Of a DNA stretch of 64,000 bases, positions 39,921-52,169 are shown piece by piece. Numbering within the stretch: position 1 is the first letter of the stretch; every line of letters begins with the position of its first letter. The position numbers and the translations under genes are program-made. The notes beneath the pieces were generated by a model. That model saw only the letters and a program-made list of their open reading frames with translations, was not told where the DNA came from and searched no databases. Source of the DNA: the human T2T-CHM13v2.0 reference genome, Homo sapiens. The stretch lies in NCBI RefSeq assembly GCF_009914755.1, contig NC_060946.1; one strand, 5' to 3'.

Positions 39921-41825
39921 GGTGATTCAACTCTTGACTAGGAACTGCCTACAGAGGTTATTGAGAAATATCTCTGCACTGATAAACTAGGTGGTGTAAC
40001 CCTTGTCCAAGCTCTGCCTACAGGGGCGTTTCCACATATCCCTGAACTGATGACAAAGGTGATGTAACTCTTGCCTAGGCTGTGCCTACAGGGAACATTG
40101 GACATATATCTGCACTGATCACCCAGGTGATGCAACTCTTGCCTAGGCTTTGCCTACAGGGGACATTGTGACATATCTCTTCAATGATCACTGATGTGAT
40201 GCATCTCTTGCCTAGGCTTTGCCTACAGGAGACATTGTGACATATCTCTGCACTGATCTCCCAGGTGCTGTAACTTTAGTCTAGGCTCTGGCTACACGGC
40301 ATTGTGACATATCACTGCACTGATCAACCAGGTGATATAAAACTTTTATAGGCTCTGCCTACAGGGGGATTGTGACCTACCTCTGCACTGATCACCCAGG
40401 TGATATAACTCTTCTCTAGGATCTTCCTACAGGGTACTTTGTGACATATCCCTGGACTTATCACCCAGGTGATCTATCTCTGGTCTAAGCTCTGCCTAAC
40501 GGGGCATTGTGAGAGATCTCTGCACTGATCACTCAGGTGATGTAAGTATTGTCTAGGCTCTGCTTCAAGGGGCCTTGTCACATATCTCTGCACTGATCAC
40601 CCAGGTGATGTAACTCTTGTCTAGGCTCTGCTTCCAGGGCATATTGTGACATATCTATGCACTGATCACCTTAGTGATGTAACACTTTGGTAGGCTCGGC
40701 CTACAGGGGAATCTTGACATATCTCTGCACTGTTAACCGATGTGATTTAACTCTTGTCTAGGCTGTGCCCACAGGGGGATTGAGACATATCTCTGCACTG
40801 ATCCCGAGGTGATACAACTCTAGCCTGGTCTCTGCCTACTGTGGACATTGTGACATATCTCTGCACTGATCTCCCAGGTGCTGTAACTTTAGTCTAGGCT
40901 CTGGCTACACGGCATTGTGACATATCACTGCACTGATCACCCAGGCGATATAACCCTTCTCTAGGATCTGACCACAGGGTGCTTTGTGACATATCCCTGC
41001 AATGATCACCCAGGTGATATACCACTTGCCAAGGCTCTGCCTACATGGTCATTGCAATGTATCTCTGCACTGATCACCTCGGTCTTGTAGCTATATTCTA
41101 GGATCTGCCTACAGGGTGCTTTGTGACGTGTCCCAGCAAGGATTACCCAGGTGATGTACCTCTCATCAAGGCTCTGCCTACAGGCACATTGTGATGTATC
41201 TCTGCACTGATCACCTCGGTCATGTAACTTTTTTCTAGGCTCTACCTACGATGGCATTGTGACATATCTCTGCACTAATCATCCAAGTGATGTAACTCTT
41301 GTCTAGCATGTACCTAAATTAACTTTTTGACATAACCCTGTACTGATCATCCAGGTGATGGAGCATTTGTCTAGGCTCTGCCTAAGGGGGCATTGTGACA
41401 TATTTCTGCATTGATCCCCCAGGTGGCGAACTCTTCTCTCAGATCTGCCTATGGGGCTTTGTGAGAAATCCCTGCACTGATCACCCAGGTGATGTAACTG
41501 TTGTGTAACCTCTGCCTACAGGGGAATTGTGAGAGATCTCGTCACTGATTACCCAAGTGATGTAACCGTTGTCTAGGCTTTGCATACAGGGGTCTTTGTG
41601 ACATACCTTTGCACTGATCACCCAGGTGATGTAACACATCTAAGTTCGGCCTAAAGGAGCTTTGTGACATATCTCTGCACTGATCCCTTAGGTGATGTAA
41701 CACTTTTATAATCACTGCCTACAGGGAATTTTGACAAATCTCTGCACTGTTCACCTAGGTGATGTAACTCTTGTCTACCCTCTGTCCAACGGGGCATTGT
41801 GAAATATCTCTGCACTGATCACCCA

Positions 41826-43797
41826 GGTGATTCAACTCTTGACTAGGAACTGCCTACAGAGGTTATTGTGAAATATCTCTGCACTGATAAACTAGGTGGT
41901 GTAACCCTTGTCGAAGCTCTGCCTACAGGGGCGTTTCCACATATCCCTGAACCGATGACAGAGATGATGTAACTCTTGCCTATGCTTTGCCTACAGGGAA
42001 CATTGGACAGATATCTGCACTGATCACCCAGGTGATGCAACTCTTGCCTAGGCTTTGCCTACAGGGGACATTGGACATATATCTGCACTGATCACCCAGG
42101 TGATGCAACTCTTGCCTAGGCTTTGCCTACATGGGCATTGTGACATATCTCTTCAATGATCACTCATGTGATACAACTCTTGCCTAGGCTTTGCCTACAG
42201 GGGACATTGTGACATATCTCTGCACTGATCTCCCAGGTGCTGTAACTTAATCTAGGCTTTGGCTACACGGCATTGTGACATATCACTGCACTGATCAACC
42301 AGTTGATATAACTCATGTATAGGCTCTGCCTACAGGGGGATTGTGACCTACCGTTGCACTGTTCACCCAGTTGATAAAACTCTTTTCTAGGATCTGCCTA
42401 CAGGGTGCTTTGTGACATATCCCTGCACTGATCACCCAGGTGATCTAACTCTGGTCTAAGCTCTGCCTAAAGGGGCATTGTGAAAAATCTCTGCACTGAT
42501 CACTCAGGTGATGTAACTATTGTCTAGGCTCTGCTTCCAGGGCATATTGTGACATATCTATGCACTGATCACCTTAGTGATGTAACACTTGTGTAGGCTC
42601 GGCCTACAGGGGAATCTTGACATATCTCAGCACTGTTAAACGAGGTGATTTAACTCTTGTCTAGGCTGTGCCCACAGGGGGATTGAGACAAATCTCTGCA
42701 CTGATCCCGATGTGATCCAACTCTTGCTTGGTCTCTGTGTACTGGGGACATTGTGACATATTTCTGCACTGATCTCCCAGGTGCTGTAAATTTATTTTAG
42801 GCTCTGGCTACAAGGCATTGTGACATATCACTGCACTGATCACCCAGGCTATACAACTCTCTTCTAGGATCTGCCTACAATGGTCTTGTGACATATCACT
42901 GCACTGATCACCCAGGCGATATAACTCTTCTCTAGGATCTGACCACATGGTGCTTTGTGACATATCCCTGCAATGATCACCCAGGTGATATACCACTTGC
43001 CAAGGCTCGGCCTACAGGGGCATTGCAATGTATCTCTGCACTGATCACCTAGGACTAGTAGCTATTTTCTAGGATCTGCCTACAGGGTGCTTTTTGAAGT
43101 GTCCCAGCAAGGATTACCCAGGAGATGTACCTCTCATCAAGGCTCTGCCTACAGGCACATTGTGATGTATCTCCGCACTGATCACCTAGGTAATGTAACT
43201 TTTTTCTAGGCTCTACCTACGATGGCATTGTGACATATCTCTGCACTAATCATCCAAGTGATGTAACTCTTGTCTAGGATGTGCCTAAATTAACTTTTTG
43301 ACATAACCCTGTACTGATCATCCAGGTGATGGAGCTTTTGTCTAGGCACTGCCTAAGGGGGCATTGTGACATATTTCTGAATTGATCACCCAGGTGGCGA
43401 ATTCTTCTCTCAGATCTGCCTATGGGGGCATTGTGATAAATCTCTGCACTGATCACCCAGGTGATGTAACGGTTGTGTAACCTCTGCCTACAGGGGAATT
43501 GTGAGAGATCTCGTCACTGATTACACAAGGGATGTAACCGTTGTCTAGGCTTTGCGTACAAGGGGCTTTGTGACATACCTTTGCACTGATCACCCAGGTG
43601 ATGTAACACATCTAAGTTCGGCCTAAAGGAGCTTTCTGACATATCTCTGCACTGATCACTTAGGTGATGTAACACTTTTATAATCACTGCCTACAGAGAA
43701 TTTTGACAAATCTCTGCACTGATCACCTAGGTGATGTAACTCTTGTCTACCCTCTGTCCAACGGGGCATTGTGAAATATCTCTGCACTGATCACCCA
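41826..43797. repeat. HOR variant, 29-mer (1972 bp): type-B 28-mer plus one extra M4/M3 hybrid monomer (42031-42098)
   Basis: Spacing 41843->43815 = 1972. The divergent block 42302-42914 replaces canonical M7-M15. Confidence 0.85.
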
Positions 43798-46700
43798 GGT
43801 GATTCAACTCTTGACTAGGAACTGCCTACAGAGGTTATTGTGAAATATCTCTGCACTGATAAACTAGGTCGTGTAACCTTTGTCCAAGCTCTGCCTACAG
43901 GGGCGTTTCCACATATCCCTGAACTGATGACAAAGGTGATGTAACTCTTGCCTAGGCTTTGCCTACAGGGAACATTGGACATATATCTGCACTGATCACC
44001 CAGGTGATGCAACTCTTGCCTAGGCTTTGCCTACAGGGGACATCGTGACATATCTCTTCAATGATCACTCATGTGATGCATCACTTGCCTAGGCTTTGCC
44101 TCCAGGGGACATTGTGACATATCTCTGCACTGATCTCCCAGGTGCTGTAACTTTAGTCTAGGCTCTGGCTACACGGCATTGTGACATATCACTGCACTGA
44201 TCAACCAGGTGATATAACTCTTGTATAGGCTCTGCCTACAGGGGGATTGTGAATTACCTCTGCACTGATCACCCAGGTGATATAACTCTTCTCTAGGATC
44301 TTCCTACAGGGTACTTTGTGACATATCCCTGCACTGATCACCCAGGTGATCTATCTCTGGTCTAAGCTCTGCCTAAAGGGGCATTGTGACAGATCTCTGC
44401 ACTGATCACTCAGGTGATGTAAGTATTGTCTAGGCTCTGCTTCAAGGGGCCTTGTCACATATCTCTGCACTGATCACCCAGGTGATGTAACTCTTGTCTA
44501 GGCTCTGCTTCCAGGGCATATTGTGACATATCTATGCACTGATCACCTTAGTGATGTAACACTTTGGTAGGCTCGGCCTACAGGGGAATCTTGACATATC
44601 TCTGCACTGTTAACCGAGGTGATTTAACTCTTGTCTAGGCTGTGCCCACAGGGGGATTGAGACATATCTCTGCACTGATCCCGAGGTGATACAACTCTTG
44701 CCTGGTCTCTGCCTACTGTGGACATTGTGACATATCTCTGCACTGATCTCCCAGGTGCTGTAACTTTAGTCTAGGCTCTGGCTACACGGCATTTTGACAT
44801 ATCACTGCACTGATCACCCAGGCGATATAACTCTTCTCTAGGATCTGACCACAGGGTGCTTTGTGACATATCCCTGCAATGATCACCCAGGTGATATACC
44901 ACTTGCCAAGGCTCTGCCTACAGGGGCATTGCAATGTATCTCTGCACTGATCACCTAGGTCTTGTAGCTCTTTTCTAGGATCTGCCTACAGGGAGCTTTG
45001 TGACGTGTCCCAGCAAGGATTACCCAGGTGATGTACCTCTCATCAAGGCTCTGCCTACAGGCACATTGTGATGTATCCCTGCACTGATCACCTCGGTCAT
45101 GTAACTTTTTTCTGGGCTCTACCTACGATGGCATTGTGACATATCTCTGCACTAATCATCCAAGTGATGTAACTCTTGTCTAGGATGTGCCTAAATTAAC
45201 TTTTTGACATAACCCTGCACTGATCATCCAGGTGATGGAGCTTTTGTCTAGGCTCTGCCTAAGGGGGCATTGTGACATATTTATGCATTGATCACCCAGG
45301 TGGCGAACTCTTCTCTCGGATCTGCCTATGGGGGCATTGTGAGAAATCTCTGCACTGATCACCCAGGTGATGTAACTGTTGTGTAACCTCTGCCTACAGG
45401 GGAATTGTGAGAGATCTCGCTACTGATTACCCAAGTGATGTAACCGTTGTCTAGGCTTTGCGTACAGGGGGCTTTGTGACATACCTTTGCACTGATCACC
45501 CAGGTGATGTAACACATCTAAGTTCGGCCTAAAGGAGCTTTGTGACATATCTCTGCACTGATCGCTTAGGTGATGTAACACTTTTATAATCACTGCCTAC
45601 AGGGAATTTTGACAAATCTCTGCACTGATCACCTAGGTGATGTAACTCTTGTCTACCCTCTGTCCAACGGGGCATTGTGAAATATCTCTGCACTGATCAC
45701 CCAGGTGATTCAACTCTTGACTAGGAACTGCCTACAGAGGTTATTGTGAAATATCTCTGCACTGATAAACTAGGTGGTGTAACTCTTGTCCAAGCTCTGC
45801 CTACAGGGGCGTTTCCACATATCCCTGAACTGATGACAGAGGTGATGTAACTCTTGCCTAGGCTTTGCCTACAGGGAACATTGGACATATATCTGCACTG
45901 ATCACCCAGGTGATGCAACTCTTGCCTAGGCTTTGCCTACAGGGGACATTGTGACATATCTCTTCAATGATCACTCATGTGATGCTTCTCTTGCCTAGGC
46001 TTTGCCTACAGGGGACATTGTGAAATATCTCCGCACTGATCTCCCAGGTGCTGTAACTTTAGTCTAGGCTCTGGCTACACGGCATTGTGACATATCACTG
46101 CGCTGATCAACCAGGTGATATAACTCTTGTATAGGCTCTGCCTACAGGGGGATTGTGACCTACCTCTGCACTGATCACCCAGGTGATATAACTCTTCTCT
46201 AGGATCTTCCTACAGGGTACTTTGTGACATGTCCCTGCACTGATCACCCAGGTGATCTATCTCTGGTCTAAGCTCTGCCTAAAGGGGCATTGTGACAGAT
46301 CTCTGCACTGATCACTCAGGTGATGTAAGTATTGTCTAGGCTCTGCTTCAAGGGGCCTTGTTACATATCTCTGCACTGATCACCCAGGTGATGTAACTCT
46401 TGTCTAGGCTCTGCTTCCAGGGCATATTGTGACATATGTATGCACTGATCACCTTAGTGATGTAACACTTTGGTAGGCTCGGCCTACAGGGGAATCTTGA
46501 CATATCTCTGCACTGTTAACCGATGTGATTTAACTCTTGTCTAGGCTGTGCCCACAGGGGGATTGAGACATCTCTCTGCACTGATCCCGAGGTGATACAA
46601 CTCTTGCCTGGTCTCTGCCTACTGTGGACATTGTGACATATCTCTGCACTGATCTCCCAGGTGCTGTAACTTTAGTCTAGGCTCTGGCTACACGGCATTG

Positions 46701-47609
46701 TGACATATCACTGCACTGAACACCCAGGCGATATAACTCTTCTCTAGGATCTGACCACAGGGTGCTTTGTGACATATCCCTGCAATGATCACCCAGGTGA
46801 TATACCACTTGCCAAGGCTCTGCCTACAGGGGCATTGCAATGTATCTCTGCACTGATCACCTCGGTCTTGTAGCTATATTCTAGGATCTGCCTACAGGGT
46901 GCTTTGTGACGTGTCCCAGCAAGGATTACCCAGGTGATGTACCTCTCATCAAGGCTCTGCCTACAGGCACATTGTGATGTATCTCTGCACTGATCACCTA
47001 GGTCATGTAACTTTTTTCTAGGCTCTACCTACGATGGCATTGTGACATATCTCTGCACTAATCATCCAAGTGATGTAACTCTTGTCTAGCATGTACCTAA
47101 ATTAACTTTTTGACATAACCCTGTACTGATCATCCAGGTGATGGAGCATTTGTCTAGTCTCTGCCTAAGGGGGCATTGTGACATATTTCTGCATTGATCC
47201 CCCAGATGGTGCACTCTTCTCTCAGATCTGCCTATGGGGGCATTGTGAGAAATCTCTGCACTGATCACCCAGGTGATGTAACTGTTGTGTAACCTCTCCC
47301 TTCAGGGGAATTGTGAGAGATCTCGTCACAGATTACTCAAGTGATGTAACCGTTGTCTAGGCTTTGCGTACAACGGGCTTTGTGACATACCTTTGCACTG
47401 ATCACCCAGGTGATGTAACACATCTAAGTTCGGCCTAAAGGAGCTTTGTGACATATCTCAGCACTGATCACTTAGGTGATGTGACACTTTTATAATCACT
47501 GCCTACAGGGAATTTTGACAAATCTCTGCACTGATCACCTAGGTGATGTAACTCTTGTCTACCCTCTGTCCAACGGGGCATTGTGAAATATCTCTGCACT
47601 GATCACCCA

Positions 47610-50600
47610 GGTGATTCAACTCTTGACTAGGAACTGCCTACAGAGGTTATTGTGAAATATCTCTGCACTGATAAACTAGGTGGTGTAAACCTTGTCCAAG
47701 CCCAGCCTAGAGGGGCATTTCCACATATCCCTGAACTGATGACAAAGGTGATGTAACTCTTGCCTAGGCTTTGCCTAAAGGGAACATCGGACATATATCT
47801 GCACTGATCACCCAGGTGATGCAACACTTGCCTAGGATTTGCCTACAGGGGACATCGTGACATATCTCTTCAATGATCACTCATGTGATGCATCACTTGC
47901 CTAGGCTTTGCCTCCAGGGGACATTGTGACATATCTCTGCACTGATCTCCTAGGTGCTGTAACTTTAGTCTAGGCTCTGGCTACACGGCATTGTGACATA
48001 TCACTGCACTGATCAACCAGGTGATATAACTCTTGTATAGGCTCTGCCTACAGGGGGATTGTGAACTACCTCTGCACTGATCACCCAGGTGATATAACTC
48101 TTCTCTAGGATCTTCCTACAAGGTACTTTGTGACATATCCCTGCACTGATCACCCAGGTAATCTATCTCTGGTCTAAGCTCTGCCTAAAGGGGCATTGTG
48201 ACAGATCTCTGCACTGATCACTCAGGTGATGTAAGTATTGTCTAGGCTCTGCTTCAAGGGGCCTTGTCACATATCTCTGCACTGATCACCCAGGTGATGT
48301 AACTCTTGTCTAGGCTCTGCTTCCAGGGCATATTGTGACATATCTATGCACTGATCACCTTAGTGATGTAACTCTTTGGTAGGCTCGGCCTACAGGGGAA
48401 TCTTGACATATCTCTGCACTGTTAACCGAGGTGATTTAACTCTTGTCTGGGCTGTGCCCACAGGGGGATTGAGACATATCTCTGCACTGATCCCGAGGTG
48501 ATACAACTCATGCCTGGTCTCTGCCTACTGTGGACATTGTGACATATCTCTGCACTGATCTCCAAGGTGCTGTAACTTTAGTCTAGGCTCCGGCTACACG
48601 GCATTGTGACATATCACTGCACTGATCACCCAGGCGATATAACTCTTCTCTAGGATCTGACGACAGGGTGCTTTGTGACATATCCCTGCAATGATCACCC
48701 AGGTGATATACCACTTGCCAAGGCTCTGCCTACAGGGGCATTTCAATGTATCTCTGCACTGATCACCTAGGTCTTGTAGCTCTTTTCTAGGATCTGCCTA
48801 CAGGGTGCTTTGTGACGTGTCCCAGCAAGGATTACCCAGGTGATGTACCTCTCATCAAGGCTCTGCCTACAGGCACATTGTGATGTATCCCTGCACTGAT
48901 CACCTCGGTCATGTAACTTTTTTCTGGGATCTACCTACGATGGCATTGTGACATATCTCTGCACTAATCATCCAAGTGATGTAACTCTTGTCTAGGATGT
49001 GCCTAAATTAACTTTTTGACATAACCCTGCACTGATCATCCAGGTGATGGAGCTTTTGTCTAGGCTCTGCCTAAGGGGGCATTGTGACATATTTCTGCAT
49101 TGATCCCCCAGGTGGCGAACTCTTGTCTCGGATCTGCCTATGGGGGCATTGTGAGAAATCTCTGCACTGATCACCCAGGTGATGTAACTTTAGTCTAGGC
49201 TCCGGCTACAAGGCATTGTGACATATCACTGCACTGATCAACCAGGTGATATAACTCTTGTATAGGCTCTGCCTACAGGGGGATTGTGACCTACCTCTGC
49301 ACTGATCACCCAGGTGATATAACTCTTCTCTAGGATCTTCCTACAGGGTACTTAGTGACATATCCCTGCACTGATCACCCATGTGATCTATCTCTGGACT
49401 AAGCTCTGCCTAAAGGGGCATTGTGACAGATCTCTGCACTGATCACCCAGGTGATGTAACTCTTGTCTAGGCTCTGCTTCCAGGGCATATTGTGACATAT
49501 GTATGCACTGATCACCTTAGTGATGTAACACTTTGGTAGGCTCGGCCTACAGGGGAATCTTGACATATCTCTGCACTGTTAACCGAGGTGATTTAACACT
49601 TGTCTAGGCTGTGCCCACAGGGGGATTGAGACATATCTCTGCACTGATCCCGAGGTGATACAACTCTTGCCTGGTCTCTGCCTACTGTGGACATTGTGAC
49701 ATATCTCTGCACTGATCTCCCAGGTGCTGTAACTTTAGTCTAGGCTCCGGCTACACGGCATTGTGACATATCACTGCACTGATCACCCAGGCGATAAAAC
49801 TCTTCTCTAGGATCTGACCACAGGGTGCTTTGTGACATATCCCTGCAATGATCACCCAGGTGATATACCACTTGCCAAGGCTCTGCCTACAGGGGCATTG
49901 CAATGTATCTCTGCACTGATCACCTAGGTCTTGTAGCTATTTTCTAGGATCTGCCTACAGGGTGCTTTGTGACGTGTCCCAGCAAGGATTACCCAGGTGA
50001 TGTACCTCTCATCAAGGCTCTGCCTACAGGCACATTGTGATGTATCCCTGCACTGATCACCTCGGTCATGTAACTTTTTTCTGGGCTCTACCTACGATGG
50101 CATTGTGACATATCTCTGCACTAATCATCCAACTGATGTAACTCTTGTATAGGATGTGCCTAAATTAACTTTTTGACCTAACCCTGCACTGATCATCCAG
50201 GTGATGGAGCTTTTGTCTAGGCTCTGCCTAAGGGGGCACTGTGACATATTTATGCATTGATCACCCTGGTGGCGAACTCTTCTCTCGGATCTGCCGATGG
50301 GGGCATTGTGAGAAATCTCTGCACTGATCACCCAGGTGATGTAACTGTTGTGTAACCTCTGCCTACAGGGGAATTGTGAGAGATCTCGCTACTGATTACC
50401 CAAGTGATGTAACCGTTGTCTACGCTTTGCGTACATGGGGCTTTGTGACATTCCTTTGCACTGATCACCCAGGTGATGTAAGACATCTAAGTTCGGCCTA
50501 AAGGAGCTTTGTGACATATCTCTGCACTGATCGCTTACGTGATGTAACACTTTTATAATCACTGCCTAGAGGGAATTTTGACAAATCTCTGCACTGATCA

Positions 50601-50672
50601 CCTAGGTGATGTAACTCTTGTCTACCCTCTGTCCAACGGGGCATTGTGAAATATCTCTGCACTGATCACCCA
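47610..50672. repeat. HOR structural variant, 45-mer (3063 bp): M1-23, M24/M6 hybrid, M7-9, M11-28
   Basis: Spacing 47627->50690 = 3063. Junction ggtgatgtaact|ttagtctagg at ~49178-49190, and M10 is absent near 49445. Confidence 0.85.
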
Positions 50673-52169
50673 GGTGATTCAACTCTTGACTAGGAACTGC
50701 CTACAGAGGTTATTGTGAAATATCTCTGCACTGATAAACTAGGTGGTGTAAGCCTTGTCCAAGCTCTACCTACAGGGGCGTTTCCACATATCCCTGAACT
50801 GATGACAGAGGTGATGTAACTCTTGCCAAGGCTTTGCCTACAGGGCACATTGGACATATATCTGCACTGATCACCCAGGTGAGGCAACTCTTGCCTAGGC
50901 CTTGCCTACAGGGGACATTGTGACATATCTCTTCAATGATCACTCATGTGATGCATCTCTTGCCTAGGCTTTGCCTACAGGGGACATTGTGACATATCTC
51001 TGCTCTGATCTCCCAGGTGCTGTAACTTTATTCTAGGCTCTGGCTACACGGCATTGTGACATATCACTGCGCTGATCAACCAGCTGATATAACTCTTGTA
51101 TAGGCTCTGCCTACAGGGGGATTGTGACCTACCTCTGCACTGATCACCCAGGTGATATAACTCTTCTCTAGGATCTTCCTACAGGGTACTTTGTGACATA
51201 TCTCTGCACTGATCTCCCAGGTGCTGTAACTTTAGTCTAGGCTCTGGCTACACGGCATTGTGACATATCACTGCACTGATCACCCAGGCGATATGACTCT
51301 TCTCTAGGATCTGACCACAGGGTGCTTTGTGACATATCCCTGCAATGATCACCCAGGTTATATACCACTTGCCAAGGCTCTGCCTACAGGGGCATTGCAA
51401 TGTATGTCTGCACTGATCACCTAGGTCTTGTAGCTATTTTCTAGGATGTGCCTACAGGGTGCTTTGTGACGTGTCCCAGCAAGGATTACCCAGGTGATGT
51501 ACCTCTCATCAAGGCTCTGCCTACAGGCACATTGTGATGTATCTCTGCACTGATCACCTAGGTCATGTAAATTTTGTCTAGGCTCTACCTACGATGGCAT
51601 TGTGACATATCTCTGCACTAATCATCCAAGTGATGTAACTCTTGTCTAGGATGTGCCTAAATTAACTTTTTGACATAACCCTGTACTGATCATCCAGGTG
51701 ATGGAGCTTTTGTCTAGGCTCTGCCTTAGGGGGCATTGTGACATATTTCTGCATTGATCACCCAGGTGGCGAACTCTTCTCTCGGATCTGCCTATGGGGG
51801 CATTGTGAGAAATCTCTGCACTGATCACCCAGGTGATGTAACTGTTGTGTAACCTCTGCCTACAGGGGAATTGTGAGAGATCTCGCCACTGATTACCCAA
51901 GTGATGTAACCGTTGTCTAGGCTTTGCGTACAGGGGGCTTTGTGACATACCTTTGCACTGATCACCCAGGTGATGTAACACATCTAAGTTCGGCCTAAAG
52001 GAGCTTTGTGATATATCTCTGCACTGATCCCTTAGGTGATGTAACACTTTTATAATCACTGCCTACAGGGAATTTTGACAAATCTCTGCACTGATCACCT
52101 AGGTGATGTAACTCTTGTCTACCCTCTGTCCAACGGGGCATTGTGAAATATCTCTGCACTGATCACCCA
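50673..52169. repeat. HOR deletion variant, 22-mer (1497 bp): M1-7, M8/M14 hybrid, M15-28
   Basis: Spacing 50690->52187 = 1497. Junction gggtactttgtgacatatc|tctgcactgatctccca at ~51191-51202. Confidence 0.87.

Noticed and set aside
51646-52059. Longest ORF (137 aa), rich in Cys/His and superficially zinc-finger-like (also 31309-31710)
   Set aside because: It has no C-x2-C-x12-H-x3-H spacing or TGEKPY linkers. It arises from chance loss of a stop codon (TGA->TGG at the ctcgtcac/ctcgccac variant) and has a non-ATG start.
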